From contig OZ004611.1 of assembly GCA_963924565.1 (NCBI GenBank), positions 22,010,001 through 22,074,000 of the forward strand: DNA of 64,000 bases, given 5' to 3'. Shown piece after piece: positions 37,401-49,100 of this stretch. The notes below the pieces were generated by a model, which was not told the origin of the DNA, searched no databases, and saw only the letters and a list, made by a program, of their open reading frames with translations. How positions within the stretch are numbered: the first letter of the stretch is position 1; each line of letters opens with the position of its first letter. This DNA is from Ascidiella aspersa. Lineage: Eukaryota. The translations under genes were made by a program, and so were the position numbers.

Positions 37401-39517
37401 AAATTTTATGCCTGATAGATATATTCGTTTCAAAATCATACTTTTTATATTTAGGTGAATTGTTGTTTGAGTGATTCACAACATAAAGTAATTTGTGTAC
37501 TGAAAGAATACAAGTTTTGTATTTATCGGAAACTTCCCTAAAGAATTTGATAAAAAAATGAAATGGTTATTAGAGACAAAATAAACTTTTTTTTATCACA
37601 CTGTTTTAATATGGTGCTACTATCACACAGATATGCTTACAACGACATGGTCAACACAAAATGTCACGCACACCTAAATGCAAGTGGAAAAGTGTAAATT
37701 GTTACAAAAACGTTTGGTTATACGTTCCAACAAAAAACGTGTTTAAAAATAGCGTAATATCTACTATTTCAACTTAAGAATTACACTAGATAGATCAGGT
37801 TATTAAACAAGCATTGCGTCTTTAAAATGTAAACAAAATCGCAGATAAAATGCTTTTCGTATTCGTAGTAAGTATACTTACACCCGATTGCCTTTAATCC
37901 GAACTCGGTAAAGTTTGTTCCCGTATTACAGCGGACCTGAAGCTTGTTCGAGGCGACCTGAAGGATGCCGGTTCGAATCCCGCTGCCGGTATACTTTCCC
38001 TTTGTTGCTCCACTGGAGTCATACACCTATAGTTTAAACTTTTTTTAATAAAAAAAACTTTGTATAAGCCAAATCTTGATTCCGTGGCAATGCGACAAAA
38101 TCCAGATATATTTCGAACCAACCCTTATAATATATTTTCAAGCTGCAGACAGAACACACGTCAAACCAACACTAATACCACAGCAGTTAACACGATTAGC
38201 AGAATACTCTATCAAAGCTAGCAATTTAGATCAGACACTATTAAAAGATAGCGATATATATATTTCGCCAGCAATAGTGTCTGATCTGAATTGCTAGCTT
38301 TGCTGGACTATTCTGCTGTTACTGGTCAGGAATTAAGGTCGACACTTATCTTGAAAGGGCCAAGGTGATTTCCATTATCACATATTCAGTGCAACATGGC
38401 ATATAAACCTTTGGATTTTTTCAACCTTTGTATAAGTTATATCGAAGTTTTGATTTTTTTCAAAAAAATACTTCGGTTATTAAATAAAATCTGATATTAA
38501 TAAAAATAGGGATGGATCAAACAGTGGTTTTTCTTCGTTTCGACATTGATAAATAGTTATAGCTTTCGCGTTACGCGGTTAAAATATGACGTTTTAAACT
38601 AAAATTAGCGTCGAACCCTGCAAGCGCCGCCAACTCCCAGTTTCCCGAACATGGGTGCCAGTGACGTTGTGTTGTAGAGCCTTGTTGTATAGTTCTGCCC
38701 GTAATTGATGGTGGTCGACTTTAAGATAAACTCCTTTTCGTCGGTGTACGATTCGGCCAGTCTTCCAAACCAAAGCAAAACTAAAAAAACAGGAAAACAC
38801 GGTTAGGTTTCGAAGCGCAATAATATAGATTTTTTGCTTAACTTCGGTGTACCCGTGTGACTATACTATTAAATAACCAATGCTTACAACTAAAATAATT
38901 TGGAATTCCTGACCTGTTTTTTTCTGAGTTAAAAAAATAACACGTTTAAGCGTACTGATCCACAGTTTATAATACTCGTTCCTATTAAGTTGGTTATTCC
39001 GTTAAAGGAACAACAGTATAGGTTCGCAAATTTATGCATACATTTAATTACGCTTGTAGCTATAGTATACATAAACGCGCTATTGCTGTTAGTTTATATT
39101 GTTCTACTCTGTTTTATCGCATTATTCTCTAAATACAACTTAAATTTTTTCTATAGGCGCGATAAACACTAGTTGTGAGTCAGAGGAAACAAGAAAGTAA
39201 TCGTCACGGGCTAATTAAATTACCATTCAGTGTTATTAAATAATGAAAATTCTGTGGTAAGTACGAAAAAGGGACTCATGAGGGTCTGGAAGGGAATACA
39301 ACCCTCTTTGTTCGCTCAACCTACCACCAGACCTGAGTCAATTATATATATAATATCTTCTTTTTTGCTGCGCGCACATAGTATTGCAATCACTCACGAA
39401 TTTCACACGATAATCTATTCAAAAGATGGTATTGGTATACAGTAATACCTTACGCTCACCCGTTAAAAATAAAATAAAAGTCTTGGCAACATCGCACAGT
39501 GCAATTTTTCGATCCAT
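28489..39517 (-). CDS. Type I membrane protein: signal peptide, two CUB-like domains, zona pellucida (ZP) module, EGF-like domain, TM (CUZD1/uromodulin-like architecture)
   Basis: Phase-consistent exons: 39517-39460 (MDRKIALCDVAKTFILFLT), 38780 to ~38617 (VLLWFGRLAES..., donor uncertain), 38026-37882 (VYDSSG...FGLKAIG, CUB), 37313-37123 and 36478-36331 (CUB), 36044-35990, 35372-35207 and 34485-34289 (ZP-N), 33685-33502, 32434-32364 (HKCWITP) and 31615-31453 (ASFHF...VHVHCIISVC, ZP-C), 30825-30685, 30180-30051 (CSGGC...CTCPPEQTLGKDCRSC, EGF), 28766-28489 (VVGYVLIGIFSLILLIVILCLI TM plus basic tail). Confidence 0.85.
36542..36688. repeat. Intronic inverted repeat enclosing a degenerate hammerhead-like core
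   Basis: Arms aaatcaagaaacaaccattctggtatttgtaattatttac / gtaaataattacaattaccagaaaaactgttttttgattt; the interior contains ctgacaaaggc...gccgaaacgttggta. Confidence 0.65.
38198..38317. repeat. Intronic ~45-bp-arm inverted repeat (hairpin)
   Basis: agcagaatactctatcaaagctagcaatttagatcagacactatt is nearly the reverse complement of aatagtgtctgatctgaattgctagctttgctggactattctgct. Confidence 0.8.
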
Positions 39518-42500
39518 TGTAGAATTTTTAAACTTATAAATATTCCAATAACCTTGCTAACACACGAAGCTCAATATGTCAGAGTACACCATTAAAAGCA
39601 GGATATAACTACGAAAACTTTTTTAGAATATTGGTAACTTTGTAATAACATCTTGTCTCCGTTGTCAAACTAAAGCAAAATTGTAGGTATGTTTTGAACA
39701 ATGTTAATCAAAGACACATTTAATAATGTCATCGTAGTTCAAACCGAAACACATAGAGTACGGTATTGTGGTGTTACAATTAAACTATTTTTTGTTTTCT
39801 ATAGAATTCGAGGTTAACTGGGTTAAACTTATATAGGTAAGTCCTGCTTTAAACTAGCGCCTTTTCGTAACAATAAAATAATAAGGCACATTAAAAATAT
39901 ATCGTATTGAAAACTTTTTTAATACTCCGTTCAGGAATCGTGCCTTCTCTACTATAACAAACCGCTGCCTGACTTGTTTTTAATTTATTTAAAATGCAGT
40001 AGTGTATGTTACAGCCGCCGACAACTGGTATAACTCATTCGAAAATGCTCTTTGATATTATATTTCTTATATTCACATATGCTTTTCTTTCGCGTGAAAG
40101 CTCATTAATTCAAGCCGCACTGGGCTTCCTCGCAGAAAATTGATAGCTGCCAACGGGGTCATTTTTTTCATTATTTGCATGTAAATCGTTAGGTTAAGTA
40201 TAGTTTACTAAACCTGCAGAGTTTGCGATAACCTTTTCACTCTTTCAGCTGATTAAAGACAATTGTTGTTTTCTTTTTTACATAATGATTTTCTTTTCTT
40301 ACGCAATCCGTATCATATTACTATGAGAACCCTATTTTTGTGTGTAACGCTTTTAGTTGGCGCGCTGTGAAAAATATCACAAAGCTATTTACAGAACCAA
40401 AGGTTTGGAAGTTTAAAAAATATAAAGTTAGCCAATAATTACAACTGATTCTCAAAGGTTTATGTCAATGTAATTTTTATCAAATTTGCAAAGCTTTAGG
40501 AATTGATCGAATTGTATAGATTGTTTTTTTATTCATGATATCGAAGGTTTTTCCACGAATTACTTTTCATGAATCAAATACCTAAACAAACCCAAATGGA
40601 GAACAGTTGATTTTAGTGACGCTTCATATTAAACCCTTTTGGTAGGCCTATGTAGTAAGCAATCCATGCGCCCCAAAGTGCACCACCCGTGTAAGTGTAG
40701 TAAACCAATTAATAATATAATTCATATAACGGAAATGGCCGTCACTCTATTAGGCCGAACTAAAGCGGTTAAAAATATAATAGCCTTCGTTCATACTACT
40801 GGCGTAAGTATGAACTTCCGTCAATTATTCAGGTTAAAAGGTTGTGTAGAATAGTCACAATTGTTTAGTTAGTTGTTCGTTTTCGGGTTACACATTCGGA
40901 AAAGGTTAAAACTTTTCTGGTGTGTGAAACAATGTTCAGTTAAGGGCCAAAGCTAATTGACGCGGCTGCCATAATTGAAAACTTTCGTCAACCGCTAACG
41001 CATAATGTTAATACAAAAAATTTATTAAATACAAAACTGTGATGTGTTTAGCGATTGTCAGTTAGATAATCATGTGACTTAAATACATAACTGCCCTCAG
41101 TAGAAAGCAAATTCGGCATATCGATAAAATAAATAAAAAAAAGAAACAATTTTAAAATTTAAATGACATATATTTGTATAGTTACATGAAAATAACTCTA
41201 TACGCCAAACCTCATAAGATTGCTCTCGGTAAAGCTATAACTATATTTTCACAAAGTGACATATAGTTATGTAAATTGTTTTCGTTGTTATTATGTGTAT
41301 TAAACAAGGTTTAATATATTTTATAAAACACACCAGGAGACTTAAAAATACTTAACTCTATTGTAAAACCTTGTTGTGGAAATACTTTTTAAAAATATAA
41401 GAAAACAATACACTGATGGAACTTTATTTTGCATGTAACTACAGTACATACACCGCAGCATATAGCCTATATAATTATAAAATCTAAAAATCGTTTCACT
41501 TTAATCGTGGTATTCCAGTCCAGGAAAAACAACATATTTACAAAACAAAAACAACAGAAGATCACATCACTCTTGAAAAAGAATATTGTTGAAATTTATG
41601 AATGAGTTCACTAACAACGGAACACGCTATTCAACAATATAACAATAATGTACGATGACTAGTTTTGTCCTTACTTTTAAGAGTATTTTAAATTTTGATA
41701 AACGGACTTTTAAAAAAGTTAACGCAAAAACGAAAACGAAAACTATAGTACTAGACGCCATGACATCTAACAAAGTATAGTCGACCATTGTTTTACATAT
41801 ATAGCTCGTTGAGCGATTACTCACAATCAAGATTTTTTTGGACAACGAAAGCAAATCTTTCTACTATTACATAAATGCCTAACAGCTCCGATCTTCTTTG
41901 TTCACTACCACGAGTGACAAAACTCAAATTTTAAAAATCAATTGCCAGGCAACGTCGTTCTGAGATTGTGCTTCAAACGAGCTAAAAAAAATTTTTGATT
42001 ACTCAAAAGATATGTTTTTTTTCGGGGATCATTATAACAGGCAAGGACTTGTCGATACACTAAAGATTAAATACGAATTTCCAATTACGCTTAAAAATAG
42101 ATTTAAGTTTTAAAAGAAACGCTCCATATCAAACATTTCCATCATGAAAACTTTTTCTGTTTGACAGTTCGAGTAGACATATAACAGTGTAAAGAGTATG
42201 GAATGATAAAAGCATAGAGTACTTCTTACGTTTTTATGTTGACAATGCAGCACAACAACAATACAAAACAATATCAACATTTACAAAAATATGAACATTA
42301 ATTACAAAATATAACAGACACATGGTTCAATAAAAATATATCTCCATTTTTGCGAAAGTTTCATTTATATATTTGTCATTTTTGCGAAAGTTTAATTTAT
42401 ATAAGTCGAGATAATGACAACCTATATAACGTTCGTATACTGTTAAGAGTTCAAAAATGCCTAAATTCACATGAAATCAATCCACAAAAACGAAAATTCA

Positions 42501-43102
42501 AAAAAACTTATTTGTCTTACCAACGGGACTGTATTTTTTAGAGATGCACAGCTATACTCGCCGTTCACGTCGTGTATTTAAAGTTTAGTGAAAATTTTAC
42601 CGAGATGATAACAGCCCCGCAACGACGTCCTAGAATTGCTCAGAGTTTAGATTTTAAATATAAAAATAGCGCCATAAACCTTTTATAGAACTTTCCAATT
42701 TGTGATAAATTACCTATAGTATACACCAGCAAATCGACGCACTTTAAAAGCTTTAAGGGCAAAAGAAATCTTCACGAAATCACAAATTAAATATTTTTTT
42801 TTACTCTTCCCCATGCTATGGGTTGTAGTCGGGGTGGCCCAAGAACTCTACGTATACCCTTTGGTAATTGAACGCACAACAACTTGTTTTTTTTTCGAGA
42901 ATTTATAAAAGTCTTAGCGAAATGAGAACGATCCAATGTATATAACTCTGTGAACTTTCTATATAGCGTACAATCTTATAAACACAAGAATCTTCCAGGT
43001 CCCTTTAAATGTTTTACAAACAAGCAACCCAGCCAATTTGTCTTAAAAAAGCGTTTCCTTTTTCCAAAGTGGCTCATGCTGTTTTCCCGCAGCCCCGCAT
43101 GG

Positions 43103-46100
43103 CTACAACACGCTCTTCTCGTCAGCCAGCAGCGAACTTCGCTTGGTGTAGCTTTGCAGCATCGTAGATGAAGTGACTGACTGCTGTGGGACAAGACCGG
43201 ACGAGGCATTGCTGCGACTGCTGTTGGTGTTCGCAGCGGTGTCGAAGATCGGGTAGCTCTTTCCTTTTCCGCTGAATCGAGCTCCTGCTCGGCGCAACGG
43301 CGCAAACCACATCTCGAATATCTCCTTGCGCATTACCGCCGCCACGTAGAAAATCAGGACGCCCTGTTAATATTTTGCCGAAAAGACTTAAGTCAAGTCA
43401 AGTCATTCGAAAACAGTGACTTAAGTGCACTGAGGTTTTACAGGTGTGTTCTGTCGGACGCTTCGGGCTAAATAAGCCACATTATTTGCGGTGGGTTAAT
43501 AAGTGAAGCAAATGCGCGGTTTAAATTAGGCTTCGTGACGTACCTAAATTTCCCTCACCCCTGTCAGTTTCCGATGCTGTAACAACTCTTAGGAATGACA
43601 TTATTAAAAGGCTTAGTAAGAAATGACAATTAGCCTACCCTTGTTTCTGTCTTAGGCTCTGTTGTGATTTCATTGCGTTTCGGCTATACCTTTCGCTAAA
43701 AATGGAGGAAAGCTTTTAATTGGAGGAAAACTTTTTAAAGCTTTTTTAATAATTGTACTACATCTTTTGCGTGATTTTTTTTTTGTGAACAATTTTCTCT
43801 ATCTCAGAAAGTATGTAGCTTTTTTATTTCTGTGGAAGTCCCATAGCATATTGGGCATTATATAGCACGCACAGTCGCACACTCAAGGACTATACTTTCA
43901 ACCACGCATACCTGATGTCGCGTTGACATCTGACAAACTCAACTTATTTTTATCATAAATTTGGGTTTATTTAGATAAAATTAAGTTGGTCTGATAGCAA
44001 AACTATGCGTTTTAAGCGACAGCAAGGTATGACAGCAAATATTGGGGTTCAGGTCAGAAAAATGATTTATGCAATTTTAAAGTTTTTGGATTAATATTTG
44101 CTGTAGCATACAGCGTATACCTCCTATCTCGACCTTTCCACCATTTGACCTCAAACATAAAAGCTGTTTTACTAACATAAACTGTATACTTTGTTTCTAA
44201 AAAGCGTGTTAAAAATGCAACTGAAAACAAGCTTTTTCTAGCAGAGCATTTTTACAGACAGGAGTTCAATATTTTAAAAATGAATATTCGGCAACTATAC
44301 CTAAACTGTATAGGGCCTTCCTTCAAAACGAAACCTATGGTAACCAGCCATCATTATTACGTTACACCAAGCAACACCTTTTTGCTTTTACCTGAATTGC
44401 GTTAAACGCGGTGAAAATCCAGCTGAAGACCAACACGTAAGTGGGGTCCTCGGAGAAAAGCATGAAAAAGCCGACAATCCAGGTTGCGCCAAGAGTGACC
44501 GACATGGTAAAGGCCATCTTCAGTTCGCGCACCTTGTCTTTTTTATTGTTGGCGCTCGATTGCACCTGGAATATAGCACGATTCTTGGTTTTGTCGTAGA
44601 AACAACTCTTTTCGCATTTCGATTTTATTTATAAGAGAGAACAAAATATTATTTTAGAAGCACTCTGAAAGCAATGTTAAGCTGCGGGTAGATTTACAAA
44701 AATCTTAGCATTGCGTTATTTCCTTAAACGCAACATGGCTAACTAACTATGCAGTTAAAATATACTTTTTAACAGTGACACGGTGTACACAACAATTATA
44801 AAAACGCATAAGTCTTTACAATTTATATTGTTAAATACTATCGCGAAGGCAACAAAAACATTTTCCAATAAATCTTGAGTCCTGCGGTGAGCATTCTATT
44901 TGCTTTCACGACATCATCTTGGCCGCGAGTCAACTAAAATAGTCAATTACACAGTGTGATATCGGAAACAATATACCTTGATCACATTAATTCTACCAAA
45001 TACTAACAATGTCCATACTAGAGAAATAAACGCGTATACCATATCAAATCAAAATATGCGGCCTGAATTTCGCCAGACCACTGACTACATGAAACATAAT
45101 ACTGTATCCCTTTAGCTTGGTAATGAATTGAAGTCAAAAAGGTCGAGTAGATCGACATCATCTTGATGATTAAGACGTTTCGATACGAGCTTATATCATC
45201 TTCATTTCAAGTGTAGCATGTTTAGCACAAGATAACATTACAGATCCGTGCATACCGTACCCAAGTATATTGTATCATATTACTTGTTTGATTCTAACTT
45301 TTACCTTGTTCTTCATGTTGTGAACGTGTCTCAGCACAGCAACGATTACAAACACGTTGCCCAGCAAAACAGCGCCGACGAAGAAGAGAAAGCCAAAATA
45401 GAGCGAGTATCCTTGAATCCAACACGCACTGTCTCTTCTGTAACTAGAACCCTCTGGATCTAGACTTGGGGGGTCGTAGTCTGAAAGTATGTGGTTGGTT
45501 ATATTTAGGTTTAAAGTAGGAAACGTATGGCTTTGAAGAAGTATACTTTGAATGATGTGAAAAAATGAGGTTGTGATTTCTTAGTTTACAGCTTTACAAA
45601 GGATCAACTAAAAGGTTTAAACAAATTTGTATTAAGACGTTTCATTCTGTCAAAACTACCGTTTTTTAGTCGGTTAAGCAGTAGTGCGTATACCCATTAG
45701 TGGTTTCTTTTATCCTTATTTGTTGAGAGAGTAAATTATATTTTGCCACTTCTAACCGGGCAAACGCAAAACGTTTTCGCACTTCGCTATGTGCTTTTGA
45801 AATTCTGGCTACCAGTCCGACCGGTCCGTGAAAAGAGTTTTGTGATTTTTCAAGCCTGCGAAAGAACCACTGCAGTTATTTAGGAGTTGAATTTCAAAAG
45901 CGCTGATAACTTTTGAACATTCGCAGAAACTGCAGTAGCAAAGCCAGCCGACTAACATAAGCTTATAATTTTGTGTGGGTAGTTGTGCTTTATATTTTAA
46001 AGGTTTTAGCTTCTATTTTATATGATCAAATTACCTTCGTTGAGATTAATCTTGTCGACGACACCAAGTGTCAGCGCCAAATTAATGGTCACTGTTAGAA

Positions 46101-49100
46101 GAGGCATCCCGTATCCAATCAGGCAAGATTTGATCATAAAATGGCTTGTCGAAATTGAAAACACCTAACAATTTGACACGTTAATACAAACGTGAACAGT
46201 TCCGACGACGTAAAAAGTATAATATTAAAAACAATTTCGCAAAAATCAGGATGGGACTTCTAAAAAAGGGGGGTCGGGTCGTATGAGAAACATCAAGTGT
46301 ATTTGACGTCCAGGTCGAAAAGGGATATAACACACAAGGTATGAATTTGATTTTAATAATGAATTTTAAAGTCAAAGGTTCGAGTAGATCGACATATTGA
46401 TTAACATGTTTCGTTACGAACTTGTATTGAAATGTCTTATTCAAGATGATGTCGATATACCCGACCTTTTTCGCTTTCAAATTTATTATCGAAATATCTG
46501 TCGATATGTGCCATTGCTTTGACAAACTAGTAAGAGTACGGATATATGAGGCTGCCTTAAAAATATACAACATATTCTATAAAACATCCTAAAATCAAGG
46601 TAAAACGGGCGTTCAACACTAAAACGAGCACACGCAAACCTTCACAATGGACTTGTACAACTTGTAGCTGTACACCGCTGTCCACATCCACGTGGCGAGA
46701 AAGAAGAATTGGAGAAAGGCAGCGATCGCGGTGCATCCCCCGTCGCTTTCTGTTGACGTCACGCCGGCCAGAAAGATGACGTAGGCAAGCAGGAGATTGA
46801 CGTACATGTGCAGCTGGATTTGGTTGTGCTCTTTTTTGCGAAAATCCCTGTAAGTTTGCCGAAAAGATTCGATTTTGTGTTTATAGGCTGTGTTGTAGTA
46901 ATTTTGGGTTTTGGAAGTATTGTTTATAGAAGCATTTCTTAATTTTAGGAAATTATTTTGTGTTTTATACCTGTTTTAACAAACACTCTTAACATTATCG
47001 GATACGAAAGCAAGAATCTTTCGTTTACATTTTATTGGAAGATTCTTTACTTCCCAAGTGTTTTGAGCTTAGTTATAGAACTCCTAAATGTTTGTTTTAA
47101 GCCAGAAACACAGATTTCCACTATTTGCACCATATCCGTCAATATTACATGATAATCCAACAACTTTTTTGTGACACTTAACTACACGTTTACCAGGACA
47201 AAACACGCGCGAGCATATTTAATGGGAACACGCGACCGTCAATGCCTTCAGATAACATCTGTTTACCTATTGAGCAGAAACAAAATGATAACAGCTGCAA
47301 GACCGCAGATCGACAAGGCACATCCGATGGTGCTTAGTACAGAGAGTACCGCGTCGGCAGGGATCTCGACCTTCGACTGGAAAACATTTTAAACTTGACT
47401 TTAGGACGAAATTTGTGAAGACATTTTCGCGTAAAATGAAAAACCGCGAGCGTATTAAACACGGGGATAACATTTAGATTAGTTCATCTATAAAAGGCCA
47501 ATACTTTTTAACCGGAGATCTGTGAAAGTTTTTGAATTTGAAGAAATATTATATTAAAAAACGTTGTGCTTTAGCTGTAGTCTGGTATTTCTCGTGGTCT
47601 CCCTATAAATATATGAAACAATATGATTCTATTGGGAGAAATAAATAAAAAAAAATTTGAAGATTAAAGCTGATTGAGAGACCCGTGACCACTTTAAGGG
47701 CCTAAAGGGGAAGTTGCAAAATCATTGAGAGCCACTTGGTCTCTAGGCGATATAAAGAAAACTATTATCATTTTCTAATTTGGTGTAAAGCGGTATAGGT
47801 TGAAAATGTGCAAACAAATAGGTTGAAAAATTTGAAAATGTTTTGTTTTATAATTATAGCCTATAAACTTTTGAGGACACAAAAATGTACCAGCAAATCA
47901 CCTGTATAATGTAACTTTTTCTAATGTCAATACAATACCAGCGAAACTCTTGTTTTAGCATAAGAAATCAACTTTAACGTTTTTTTCAGTTTGGTGAGCA
48001 AAACCGCTATCCAGATATACACGCACGATCTTTACTGTACAGTAAAGTATCCTAAACTTACCATATTAACATTGTCATCTTACATGTAACAGGTTTGGTC
48101 GAATTTTTAACTGATGCTTTAGGACAGGTCATTTACTTAACATATACAAGAGTAAAAAGTTCTATCATTGTTGATCGCTAACGTATGGGACTGAAATGTA
48201 TTTGGAGCCTACTACACGTGTTTTAAGGCATCATCACAATATTTTCATTAACCAAAGCCTAACAAATGTTTTTTATTAAATAAGCGTAAAATTGGAGCTG
48301 TCAAATCAAACCCACGTGCTAAGGTGTGCGAGACCATACCACAAAAATTCTGTTTATTGTACTTACAACAATGAGAGCAAAGCTGGTCAGGTGATCACAT
48401 CGACAGGTGGGTGGAGTAGAGCTGGTGACCAAACGACAGCCTTTGCTCGACCAGGTTTTTTTCTCTACGTCCCAGAATACGCAGCGCTGCTTAAGGAAAT
48501 CCAGCTGTATGCGAAAAACTAGCTCATATTAATTGCGTCATCTTAAAGTAAAGCAACGACTCTACGCCAGGATATTTAACTGGAATAAACGAAATTTACA
48601 GTTTCGTTTTTGTCATATACCTTTTCGACAGCTTTAGTGGTATATTTAAGCACGAAAGTTATAGTACCATGCATATAACTGACAAACTTTAGCTGCGCTA
48701 AATCAATTTTTCTGTGATCGCACTTTTTATCTATTAGTCCTCATTATATTTGGGCATTGGGAACAAAGTCGCACATTTATTGACAGTAACTTTAAAGATA
48801 CTGTGTCCTAATTTTAATCCATTGATTTAACGAAATAATAATTTATAATATTTATAGACGATGAATAATTTTAGTCATAAAATTGTCTTTATTGTTGCCA
48901 GCCTTTGGGTGACTAGATTATTTAAGTATTTGTATTATGTTAAGATAATGTTTTTTAGTAATCTAACATAAATTTGATTTAAACTCTTAAAAGAGCAGAA
49001 AACGAAAAACACTCTCTAGTATTCTCAGCTTGAACCATTCAAACAAAAATTGTTAAATTCGCTATGAATAGGTATTAATCTTTAGTTTATTTTTAAGACC

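Noticed and set aside
37960-37995. tRNA T-arm/B-box-like ggttcgaatccc
   Set aside because: Antisense to a CUB-coding exon (GSGIRTG); no cloverleaf or matching acceptor stem.
39600-43000. Short ORFs between the ZP gene and the aGPCR
   Set aside because: AT-rich, no splice-consistent coding signal; likely aGPCR 3'UTR and ZP-gene upstream region.
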